A stretch of 64,000 nucleotides of DNA from positions 33,609 to 97,608 of the forward strand of contig CAZEQY010000006.1 in NCBI GenBank assembly GCA_964514655.1, read 5' to 3'. Below the pieces are notes generated by a model. That model did not search any database. It was not told the DNA's origin and saw nothing but the letters and a program-made list of their open reading frames with translations. Below, one piece after another: positions 1 to 7,821 of the stretch. The position numbers and the translations under genes are program-made. The stretch is from an uncultured bacterium (lineage in GTDB: Bacteria; Chlamydiota; Chlamydiia; Chlamydiales; FEN-1388). Numbering within the stretch: position 1 is the first letter of the stretch; every line of letters starts with the position of its first letter.

Positions 1-1712
1 GCGTTTAGGCTTGATTGTCTAATAAGTGAGCTTGCTCGAGTGTTGTGATTTGTAATCCAGCAATCGCGTTGTTCTTGAGTGGCATAAGGGTCTTTATCAA
101 GCTGTTCAGCAAGGCGAACACATATTTGATCAAGGTGCAAAAGCCATCTTGCTTTAAGCGCACTATGACCTTCAAGCTTTAAAAGCAAGACTTGCCCTGC
201 TGTGAGACACGCTCGGTGGTTTGTTTTAAGCAAGCAGTCTATCCAGCTTTCTACGAGGTTGCTTGGATCTACAGAAAGTGAAAGTCCATTTGCCATAAAG
301 GCAACTTGCATACCCAAAATATGATGTTCACTTGCAAATGGCACTAGCACGTGGGAAAATGTGCGGCCAAAGAGGGCTGCAAGTGCAAGCTGCACGTCGT
401 AGTGAGCACTAGGCTTTTCTACAAGGTATTTATCGAGTGTTGGAGAGCATCTTCGCTTGTCGATAAGGCCGCCCAGTAGCGCGCGCTGGAGGTGGCGTGT
501 GCAGCTCAGGTCGCCTATCGCTGCAACGGTATCAAGTGCTTTTGCAAAGTCAAAGGGCACCTTAAATGTGCAGTTGGCATCGCGAAATACAAGAAATGGA
601 ATTCCTATAGCATCAGTGCAGGTTATGTGTAGACCATTTTGCGATTCAAAGCGACAGCCTATTGCTCCAAACACCTGCATCAGAGCTTCTAGTTCATGAA
701 ATGATACGTGGGCTAATAGGGCGACACATGCATGCCAGAGGCTTTTTGTGGGGTCAACTTCTAAATCTTTTGCAAGTGCTCTAATTGCGTGAGCACCTCC
801 ACGATAGGCATATGCATGACAAAGATGTAGAGTGCCTTCTACTGTAGGGCTCTCTCTAAATGCCCGGTAGTCAGTCAGCCGATCTGGCGTTATAATGGTC
901 TCGTAGCCATTTTGTAAATTTGCAAGTACTACTAGATCGCTCTCTTCGTCATCATAATAAAAGTGCGAAAGTCTAAGCATCGCATCAAGACACCACTGAT
1001 TTGCAACTCCTACATCAACAAAGTAAGGGGTGTCCTTGCCATCAAGATGCCCTTCTGTAAGCATGATCTGTAGCCCTTCACCGCTTGTGCGACAGGGAGC
1101 TTTGTCTTCTGTCACAAAGCAAAAGTCTACATTTTGATACCTAAACCCTTGCATATTTTGGTGTAGACATGAGTTTTGGGGGGTCAGCAGATTTTTTATC
1201 ACGAGCAGGTTGTAGAGGGATTGAATGTTTACGCGTTCGCGAATAATAAAGCGAAAAGTAAGCCTAGAGGGCTGTTTTGCGCATGCAGCCTTTGCTTCTT
1301 CCAGGACTTCTTGGCTTAGAACTGCTTCTAAGGTTAGCGACTCATCTCTTTGATGCAAAAGTTCTAAAAAGCGATTTGATAAAAAATTCCACCCTGCAAG
1401 TCTTTCAAAGCCTTCACCACATAAGACAAGGGCGGAGCTTCTTTTGCCAAGGCTTTTGCTTAAAACCTTGAGGATTTCGTGAGTATTATCCGTTCGTATA
1501 AAGGCAGAAAGGTTTTCTTTAAGCTCTTCTGTTGCAATATAGGAAAAGCCAAATCCGGGAAGTACGTACATAGAGTCATCGACGATGCCGAGCTCTCGTA
1601 GACGAAGAAAGTTTTGTGATGTAGAGACTTCTGTTTGAGGGGGTTCTGTATCAGAACCAATTTGAACTGTTTGTAATTGTGCAGATAGCGCTTTAGTAGT
1701 ATCAATTGTCAT
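1..1712 (-). CDS. Hypothetical protein, N-terminal 570 codons; the ORF runs off the window start (3' end missing)
   Basis: Manual translation from ATG (complement of 1712-1710) gives MTIDTTKALSAQLQTVQIGSD... with no stop codon down to position 1. It is absent from the ORF track because no stop lies in the window. Track ORFs 457..699, 1277..1471 and 1460..1705 lie inside it in other frames. I recognised no family motif. Confidence 0.6.
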   Translation of the reverse strand, partial: MTIDTTKALSAQLQTVQIGSDTEPPQTEVSTSQNFLRLRELGIVDDSMYVLPGFGFSYIATEELKENLSAFIRTDNTHEILKVLSKSLGKRSSALVLCGEGFERLAGWNFLSNRFLELLHQRDESLTLEAVLSQEVLEEAKAACAKQPSRLTFRFIIRERVNIQSLYNLLVIKNLLTPQNSCLHQNMQGFRYQNVDFCFVTEDKAPCRTSGEGLQIMLTEGHLDGKDTPYFVDVGVANQWCLDAMLRLSHFYYDDEESDLVVLANLQNGYETIITPDRLTDYRAFRESPTVEGTLHLCHAYAYRGGAHAIRALAKDLEVDPTKSLWHACVALLAHVSFHELEALMQVFGAIGCRFESQNGLHITCTDAIGIPFLVFRDANCTFKVPFDFAKALDTVAAIGDLSCTRHLQRALLGGLIDKRRCSPTLDKYLVEKPSAHYDVQLALAALFGRTFSHVLVPFASEHHILGMQVAFMANGLSLSVDPSNLVESWIDCLLKTNHRACLTAGQVLLLKLEGHSALKARWLLHLDQICVRLAEQLDKDPYATQEQRDCWITNHNTRASSLIRQSSLN

Positions 1713-1754
1713 AAGCCGGACAATGTACTTTACTATCTGCAATTATTGCAAGTC

Positions 1755-2831
1755 TTAAGCACTTGGAGTTGTAGCTGAGACACAGGATTTAAAGTCTCTC
1801 CAAAAGGCATCGCATTGTTCTCGTAGACGGCTTTGTTCACGTGCATCTAATCGAGCAATTCGAGCTGCCTCATTTCCGAGGGCAATCAAAACCATGTGAA
1901 ATGCCATCGGCACACAGATGTCGCCCTCAATATATTGAACATAGGAAAAGACTGTAGGTTTTTGCGGCTTTACCGGATTGCCATTTTGTAGCAGTGATTG
2001 ATAAATTACCTCTGTTGCAATTTTATGTAGCTTTTGTGCCTCAGGATGTTCTCCAACCTGAGTTACCATATGATCTCTAAACTGTAGCGGAAGTGTCTCG
2101 TAGACATGTTGGAGTGTCAGTTCGTCGGTTGCCAATTTTTTGATAGTAAAGGCAGTTTGCAGCTGATACATTTTTGCATTGTTATCACCAACAAACGCAA
2201 CAGGTTTATCGTGTACTGTGGGTAGAGAATTAAAGACCATAACATTGCCACTTTGCACCTTGCATAGCATGAGGTGGCCTTTGTTTGTATCTGGGGCAAC
2301 ATATGCGATTGGAAGTAGTAGTTCATTGCCCTTTGCAAGTGTTTCAAGGTGTTCTTGCTGTAATAATGCTTGGATGGCTGCGCGATAATTGGGGAGTTGA
2401 CCATCCGGATGATGTCTGAGAGAGCTGATGAGAGTTGAATTTATAAGGTAGGTTCTAAGAAGGCCTTGTAATCGTGATAGTACTTTAGTGGTAAAAAGAG
2501 ATGGGGGAGATTCTGCAAGTACACGTCGTACGTAATGCGAAAGAGCTGTTGCTAGATAGATATGGCTACATCCTGATAAAAGAGCAGCTTCATATGAGAC
2601 AGGGCAAATTTCAGCGCGTAAAACATGGTTAACATTTTGCCAGCGCTTTAGGGATTCCGGATCACGGACCTGACCCATATTTGTAAATTCAGCATCTAGA
2701 AGTTCACAGAATGTTCGAGAGTAGGCTCTATGTAGCTGTATGGTTCCTTCACCATTCTTAAGTCGGGTAACTTGATTGTTATGTGCTAGTCGTAATTCGT
2801 GTAGATTGCTGGGTCCAGTGGTCGATTGCAC
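1755..2831 (-). CDS. Hypothetical protein, paralog of 4732..6300; possible His/Asn/Cys cysteine peptidase (CE-clan-like order)
   Basis: 358-aa ORF. It shares colinear motifs with the 522-aa ORF: LKRWQ..H / LKWQ.H, IQAL, LAKGxxLxxP / LAVGKSLAIP, KGHLML / KHAMML, and VQYIEGDIC / GQIGGSC. It ends 43 bp upstream of the 1..1712 ORF on the same strand. Confidence 0.6.
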   Translation of the reverse strand: MQSTTGPSNLHELRLAHNNQVTRLKNGEGTIQLHRAYSRTFCELLDAEFTNMGQVRDPESLKRWQNVNHVLRAEICPVSYEAALLSGCSHIYLATALSHYVRRVLAESPPSLFTTKVLSRLQGLLRTYLINSTLISSLRHHPDGQLPNYRAAIQALLQQEHLETLAKGNELLLPIAYVAPDTNKGHLMLCKVQSGNVMVFNSLPTVHDKPVAFVGDNNAKMYQLQTAFTIKKLATDELTLQHVYETLPLQFRDHMVTQVGEHPEAQKLHKIATEVIYQSLLQNGNPVKPQKPTVFSYVQYIEGDICVPMAFHMVLIALGNEAARIARLDAREQSRLREQCDAFWRDFKSCVSATTPSA

Positions 2832-2915
2832 AGCTTTCCTCCCTAAATAGGTTTGTCATTAAGTTATCATACTATAATAAATAAAATCCAGTCATTTCTT
2901 TAATAACTATATAGA

Positions 2916-3491
2916 TTATTTTATAATAGCGTATAGTTTTCTGTCGGAAATTACACCGTTTATAACCTTGTAATTACGTAGATAGCCTTCATACTGCATG
3001 CCGCATTTTTCGAGTATTTTGGCGCTTTGGTGGTTGTTGGGGTGGCAAGTTGCCTGTACCCGGCATAAATCTAGGGTATTTAGGCCAAAATCTACGAGCT
3101 TTTGGGCAATTTCAGTGCCATAACCCCTATTCCAGGCTTTTTGGGCAAAAATATAGGCAATCTCGGCCCTTTTGTGGGCAGGGATGATATCAAATAGCGA
3201 ACAGACCCCAACAATATCACTTGTCTCCTTTTCTTCAATAACCCAGGAAATGTGCACCTTGTTTGCAAAGGCCTCCCATGTGCGTTTGATATACTGTTCG
3301 GTATCGTCTATAGTGGTTTGACAGGGAGCTCCGACATATTGCATCACGTGCTCATCAGACATAAAGGCAAATATATCAGGTGCATCCTCTAAGACCATCC
3401 TGCGTATCTTTAATCGCTCTGTTTCAAGGCTTGGGTGAGTATCGGCAAAGCAGGTGCTTGTAAGCAAAATACATAAAAGAAGTATGCGCAT
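2916..3491 (-). CDS. GNAT family N-acetyltransferase (RimJ/RimL-like) with an N-terminal signal-peptide-like leader
   Basis: The N-terminus MRILLLCILLTSTCFADT is hydrophobic and followed by AD. Next comes the RimJ/L-type start ERLKIRRMVLEDAPDIFAFMSD, a GNAT core (..WNRGYGTEIAQKLVDFGL..), and a C-terminal DRKLYAI. Confidence 0.8.
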   Translation of the reverse strand: MRILLLCILLTSTCFADTHPSLETERLKIRRMVLEDAPDIFAFMSDEHVMQYVGAPCQTTIDDTEQYIKRTWEAFANKVHISWVIEEKETSDIVGVCSLFDIIPAHKRAEIAYIFAQKAWNRGYGTEIAQKLVDFGLNTLDLCRVQATCHPNNHQSAKILEKCGMQYEGYLRNYKVINGVISDRKLYAIIK

Positions 3492-3505
3492 AAAAGGTTC
3501 CTCTA

Positions 3506-4666
3506 CTAACCAGCTGATTGTTCATAGCGGTCGATTATTTTGCCATCTTTATCTACAGCCCAAAATGATCGCTTTTGCGGCGTAAGCTCCACGACAAGTG
3601 CTTGTTGTTTTTGCGCGGTTTTAGCAAGGTAGGGGCGTTTACTTGGCTTTCGTGGCTTTACGCCCCAGGAGCCGTCGCCAAAATAGACAATGCCTCTAGA
3701 GTGCTGTTTATCCCGTATGAGAGGATAGGTGCGTTTATAGGCATGGTCGTGACTTTCAAAGCAGGCATGTATTTTGTACTTTTCAAAGAGTGGTACCCAG
3801 TGTTTTCGTACAGATTGACTAGTTGTAGAAGTAAATCTGTTAGATGATGGGTAAGCTCCTACGTGATAGATAGCAAAGCGGTGGAGGTGATTTTTGTTTT
3901 TCCTAAGTACCTTTTCAAGCCACTTAGTCTGCTCGCCTTTGATTTTTTGCGTGTGGTTTGAATCTAAGAAGGTGAGGTGGCACCAGTTGCCAAAACTAAT
4001 GTCATAGGTCGCCTTTTCGAAGAACATATAGTAAAAAGGGGCATCGCGCATCGAGCGGTTAAAACTACCGGTAACTTCGTGGTTGCCAATTGTTACGAGT
4101 AGGGGAATCAAGCAGCCATCTTTATCTTTCATTACCTGTGACCAGCAGCTAAAAAACTTCTGCCACTGCTTCCAGTTTTCCTTGCCTCCCTTTTTAGGGG
4201 CAGCATAAGAAAGATCGCCTCCAAGAATGGCAAAGCGAGGGTTTTGTTTTGCTGCCTGCTTGCACATTGTTTCAAAGCGTTTAAAGTTGTTATGAAAGGC
4301 GTCGCCTCCGGTTACAAAACGTATAGCTTTTGATAGTTTTTTGGGCATTGTATGAAAGGCATATGTTTTTGACCGATCGCCAATAGTAAAGCGATAAATT
4401 GTGTCAGCTTCGAGGCGGCTAAGTTCTACTTTATGCAGAAAATAGGGTTCTTTATTTGGCAGCTTATGGTGAGATCCTTTTGCATGTTGCCAGTTTTTAT
4501 TGCCTGTTTTTTGATATGAAATAGCATCGTTAGTATCGTTATTTTTTGTGATCCACATAACTGTCATTGTAGATGTTGGATCTTTTTTCCAAGTAAGATA
4601 TACGCTTGGCTCTTCTGCCAATAAATGAGTTGTAAATAACAAGAATAGAAGTGCCCAATTTTTCAT
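3506..4666 (-). CDS. Secreted calcineurin-like metallophosphoesterase (purple acid phosphatase-like)
   Basis: Signal peptide MKNWALLFLLFTTHLLAEE. Metallophosphoesterase motifs are GGDAFH, GGDLSYA, GNHE and ESHDHAYKRT, preceded by an N-terminal PAP-type beta domain (YLTWKKDPTSTMTVMW). Confidence 0.8.
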   Translation of the reverse strand: MKNWALLFLLFTTHLLAEEPSVYLTWKKDPTSTMTVMWITKNNDTNDAISYQKTGNKNWQHAKGSHHKLPNKEPYFLHKVELSRLEADTIYRFTIGDRSKTYAFHTMPKKLSKAIRFVTGGDAFHNNFKRFETMCKQAAKQNPRFAILGGDLSYAAPKKGGKENWKQWQKFFSCWSQVMKDKDGCLIPLLVTIGNHEVTGSFNRSMRDAPFYYMFFEKATYDISFGNWCHLTFLDSNHTQKIKGEQTKWLEKVLRKNKNHLHRFAIYHVGAYPSSNRFTSTTSQSVRKHWVPLFEKYKIHACFESHDHAYKRTYPLIRDKQHSRGIVYFGDGSWGVKPRKPSKRPYLAKTAQKQQALVVELTPQKRSFWAVDKDGKIIDRYEQSAG

Positions 4667-4731
4667 AATCTGTCCTTTTATTATAATAATCGGGCAGTAT
4701 TATGAACTAATTGCGTAGATAAACGAAAGCC

Positions 4732-6300
4732 TTATTGCTGTTGAAGAAAGGTTAGTCCTTCAGGAATTATAAGTTCATCTTCAAAATAGTGTTTTTGATA
4801 TGGAGTTATGTAGCTGTCAAAGTGAGCATTAGTAAAATAGGAGCTTAACCCAAGGCCATTATAGGCAGCATGCATCGAAAAGTTAAAAAAACCGATTTTT
4901 TTTAGGAACTTTGTGGAGAAGAGTATTTCGTGTTCTCTCCTAAGCTTTCTTGTTGCGATTGCTAGCAACGATGAGGCCACAGTCAGCACATAGATCTGCT
5001 CTTTAGTAAACGGGGTTTTATGATGGGCGTCTATAAAGCGAGTTGTAACTTTGATGAACCGTTTTATCTCTGTGGGAGTTTTTGGGTTTATATCAAGCAG
5101 AGATGGTATTACCTTTTCCAAAGTGTCGATGCTAAACTGGCCGTGTGTTAAACGCGTTAGAGCCGTTTGTAGGGTATTTGCTTGGTGCCAAACGGCCTTG
5201 GGCGCTTGTGTTGGAGGGGGAGGGCGTACGCCGACTTGTATCTTAGGAGTCTTTGTTGCTTGCACTTTTTTGGGTGGCTTTAGCTGCTTTTTCATTGTCT
5301 TTAGTAGATCAGGTAGTTCTAACTTTCGCTTTTTTAGGCTATGCTGAAGTGATCGTACGATTTCTAGAGTAACCGTTATTTGTGTGCTGTTATTGCCCCA
5401 GCCACTTTTAATTTGCCTATAAGACTTTAATAGTGCTTCTACTCTTCCTAGATCTCGAAACGTTTTATAGCTTGCTTTATCTAATTGCGAACGTACGATA
5501 GAGAGCACACAAAGTGCGCTGCATGATCCGCCTATTTGTCCGTGGCCCCAGAGGCGTTGATCGAGGCTTGGTGGAGCAAGCCTTCCTTTAAGTTGTGGGA
5601 GTATTTTTTCATAAAGGTTTTCTACGGACCCGTGTTGATCATTATCAAGAAGTTGATTGATGAAGGAGGAGCCTTCTCTACACAGGTGTTCTTCTGTAAC
5701 ATCAAGAAGTTCAAGAGCTGTCTGAAAGCGCAGCTTGCCGTCAGTTTCTACATTTCTATAGTGATAATTATCAATTCCTGCACCTTGGTTATGCTGCACC
5801 ACCTTATATATCTTTTTTCCTGATTCATCTATTCCCGTGCAGGTGATAAAAAGCATCATAGCATGTTTACTGCTGCTGCTGGGGATTGCAAGGCTTTTGC
5901 CGACCGCTAGGTTTTTGATGTCCTGCTTGATGATTTTTGGTGCAATGTCTATCTCACATAGTCTTTGGGCATAGGATAGTGCTTGAATCAAATCTGCGGG
6001 TGGATTTTCTAGTTTTCCTAATAGCTTTATTGTTTTGGCTGTAGCAAAACTCGTGAGATTGCCAGAAAGGTTCCCTCTAGCAAGGTGTTCTGCAAACATA
6101 TGGGTTTGCCACTTTAAAGCATTGTTGCCAATAACATGGCTATATAACCAGCCAAAGAGCTTGCGAATCTTAGCTATAAGACCAGCTGCTATTTGCTGGT
6201 TATTTAAGAGAGTAAATTGACGGGCATATCTTGTAGTAAAAAGGCTATGTTGAGGCTCGTCTTTTCGCTCGTGTGGCCTGCTCGGCTGAATAAACACCAT
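4732..6300 (-). CDS. Hypothetical protein, paralog of 1755..2831; possible His/Asn/Cys cysteine peptidase
   Basis: 522-aa ORF with RBS-like AAGGAG upstream of the ATG. Candidate triad: H146 (SSKHAMMLF), N171 (VVQHNQG), Q255/C260 (GQIGGSCSALC). A Pro/Lys-rich linker (KPPKKVQATKTPKIQVGVRPPPPTQAPK) precedes a C-terminal helical region. Confidence 0.6.
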   Translation of the reverse strand: MVFIQPSRPHERKDEPQHSLFTTRYARQFTLLNNQQIAAGLIAKIRKLFGWLYSHVIGNNALKWQTHMFAEHLARGNLSGNLTSFATAKTIKLLGKLENPPADLIQALSYAQRLCEIDIAPKIIKQDIKNLAVGKSLAIPSSSSKHAMMLFITCTGIDESGKKIYKVVQHNQGAGIDNYHYRNVETDGKLRFQTALELLDVTEEHLCREGSSFINQLLDNDQHGSVENLYEKILPQLKGRLAPPSLDQRLWGHGQIGGSCSALCVLSIVRSQLDKASYKTFRDLGRVEALLKSYRQIKSGWGNNSTQITVTLEIVRSLQHSLKKRKLELPDLLKTMKKQLKPPKKVQATKTPKIQVGVRPPPPTQAPKAVWHQANTLQTALTRLTHGQFSIDTLEKVIPSLLDINPKTPTEIKRFIKVTTRFIDAHHKTPFTKEQIYVLTVASSLLAIATRKLRREHEILFSTKFLKKIGFFNFSMHAAYNGLGLSSYFTNAHFDSYITPYQKHYFEDELIIPEGLTFLQQQ

Positions 6301-6358
6301 ATCCCCACTCCTTATCTATATTATAACTAATAATTTGAATTATATCAGAAAATAACGA

Positions 6359-6387
6359 TTGCATAAAATGTAACAGTGTTATATAAT
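6359..6387 (+). promoter_or_regulatory. Sigma-70-like promoter (TTGCAT-17 nt-TATAAT) with an embedded 11-bp palindrome TAACAGTGTTA, a candidate TetR operator
   Basis: TTGCAT lies at 6359-6364 and TATAAT at 6382-6387, with a 17-nt spacer. The palindrome TAACA-G-TGTTA at 6371-6381 sits inside that spacer. The site is about 22 nt upstream of the tetR-family ATG and its AGGAGA RBS. Confidence 0.5.
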
Positions 6388-6408
6388 TTGGGAAAAGCAG
6401 GAGAAACA

Positions 6409-6999
6409 ATGGCAATACAAGAGCGCAAGCAGCGAGAAAAAGAGCAATTTAAGGCGCAAGTTCTTGAGGCGGCATATGCGATAATCAGAAAGGGTGGGCT
6501 AGAAGCGCTTTCACTAAGAAAGCTAGCTAGTGCACTTGAGTATAGCACAACAAAGCTTTACCACGAATTTGGCGAAAAAGAACAAATACTATCTCTTTTG
6601 GCAGAAGACATCTGCAAGAGACAAAACATTCGGCTAGAGGCATTGGAAAAGATGCCAACTGCTGAAGAGCAGTTTTTACTGCTTACACATGAGGCTATTT
6701 GTTTTTATGTGCAAGAGCCTAGTTCGGCCGAAGTTTTGCGAGCTGTCCGGTTTAGTGATATGGCGCAGCCTATAGCATTTCAGTTGGCTGCAAGGCGTTA
6801 TCGAGCCCATCTTGAGGCTCTTAATCTGCCAAAGCTTGCTACAGAACAAGCGCTCGATGAGGCGATCATGCTAACGCGTGCATTAACACTTGGAGCGCTT
6901 AGCATTTTACATCACGGAAGTGACGAGAATAAAAAAAAATTAAGCACAAAAATAGTAGACGATGGCATTCGGCTTTTTATAGCTGGATGGAAGTCATAG
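6409..6999 (+). CDS. TetR/AcrR family transcriptional regulator
   Basis: The N-terminal HTH region (QFKAQVLEAAYAIIRKGGLEALSLRKLASALEYSTTKLYHEFGEKEQIL) is typical TetR_N. I chose the ATG at 6409, preceded by AGGAGA, over the track's GTG at 6376. Confidence 0.85.
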   Translation: MAIQERKQREKEQFKAQVLEAAYAIIRKGGLEALSLRKLASALEYSTTKLYHEFGEKEQILSLLAEDICKRQNIRLEALEKMPTAEEQFLLLTHEAICFYVQEPSSAEVLRAVRFSDMAQPIAFQLAARRYRAHLEALNLPKLATEQALDEAIMLTRALTLGALSILHHGSDENKKKLSTKIVDDGIRLFIAGWKS

Positions 7000-7006
7000 G
7001 AGAATT

Positions 7007-7781
7007 ATGATACATACAATGGTAAATGGGCTTACAGATGTTCTTTCAGAGTTTGTTTTAAGCCGGCAGTATAGTAGCGAACGTGAATTTTCAGCTACAG
7101 TTGCACAAGTGAATCACGATATAATATGCCAGCATCGGCATACGTTTACAGCGGGTGATCAAGAGGTAGTAGCAGCCATCTGGCAAAGCTATCTAGAAAT
7201 ACGTCGTGTAGAATATATACCCATTCAAGTTCAAGAGTTGATTTTTTTGCTACGCGAAAGACCCGGGCTTGAAAGATTTAAAATGCGCCCATATTGTAAT
7301 ATGGGCGCATTTTAAATCTCTTCAATCGCGGGACTTTGGCGCGCAAAAAAACCAACTCTTGAACTTGAATGGGTATAACTACCTGGCAAGACTTTCTGAA
7401 AGCATACGACACTGTGTTTTTGATAAGGCGTTTGTTGAAGCTGAGATGGCGGAGGGCAATTTCATAGATTCAGCCCATCATCTAGAGTCAAGGCTCATAC
7501 GACCATATATCTCGATAATTTTTCAGGAACATGTTGTAAGTTTGAGGTTAGAAAGGACAATGAAGCCTGAAGAGCTTCACAGGAGATTATATCGAGTGTT
7601 AGAGCTAAACACTCTGCCTCTTTCGCGCGCGCTTTTTGCCAAATTATCAGTAGAGCAGCTAAAAAGCGTTATGGATGTACTTGAAACAAGTGCAGGCAAA
7701 AAACTTTTCGAGCTAGAACTTGCATGGCTGCAGCTGTACCGAGCAAGAAAAGCAGGAAATTTTGTTGATCATAAAAATTAG
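7007..7781 (+). pseudogene. Gene of unknown function split into two out-of-frame ORFs (7007..7315 and 7269..7781) by insertion of a palindromic element
   Basis: Deleting 7218..7377 (160 nt) joins ...RRVEY to NYLARLSES... in one frame. That gives 615 nt, or 204 codons plus a stop. See the mobile_element at 7216..7377. Confidence 0.7.
7216..7377. mobile_element. MITE-like long palindromic element, copy 1 (162 bp including flanking TA dinucleotides)
   Basis: Perfect 25-bp terminal inverted repeats: TATACCCATTCAAGTTCAAGAGTTG (7216-7240) and CAACTCTTGAACTTGAATGGGTATA (7353-7377). The arms are imperfectly complementary throughout. A perfect central palindrome AAAATGCGCCCATATTGTAATATGGGCGCATTTT lies at 7280-7313. 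TA is present at both ends. A second copy lies at 54896..55038. Confidence 0.8.
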
Positions 7782-7821
7782 AGTACCTATTGTTTTGTTC
7801 AGTATATAACCGGGGGTGGAT

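Noticed and set aside
457-1705. Small track ORFs 457..699 (+), 1277..1471 (+) and 1460..1705 (-).
   Set aside because: All of them lie within the 570-codon open minus-strand frame that starts at 1712 and runs off the window. They are most likely non-coding shadows.
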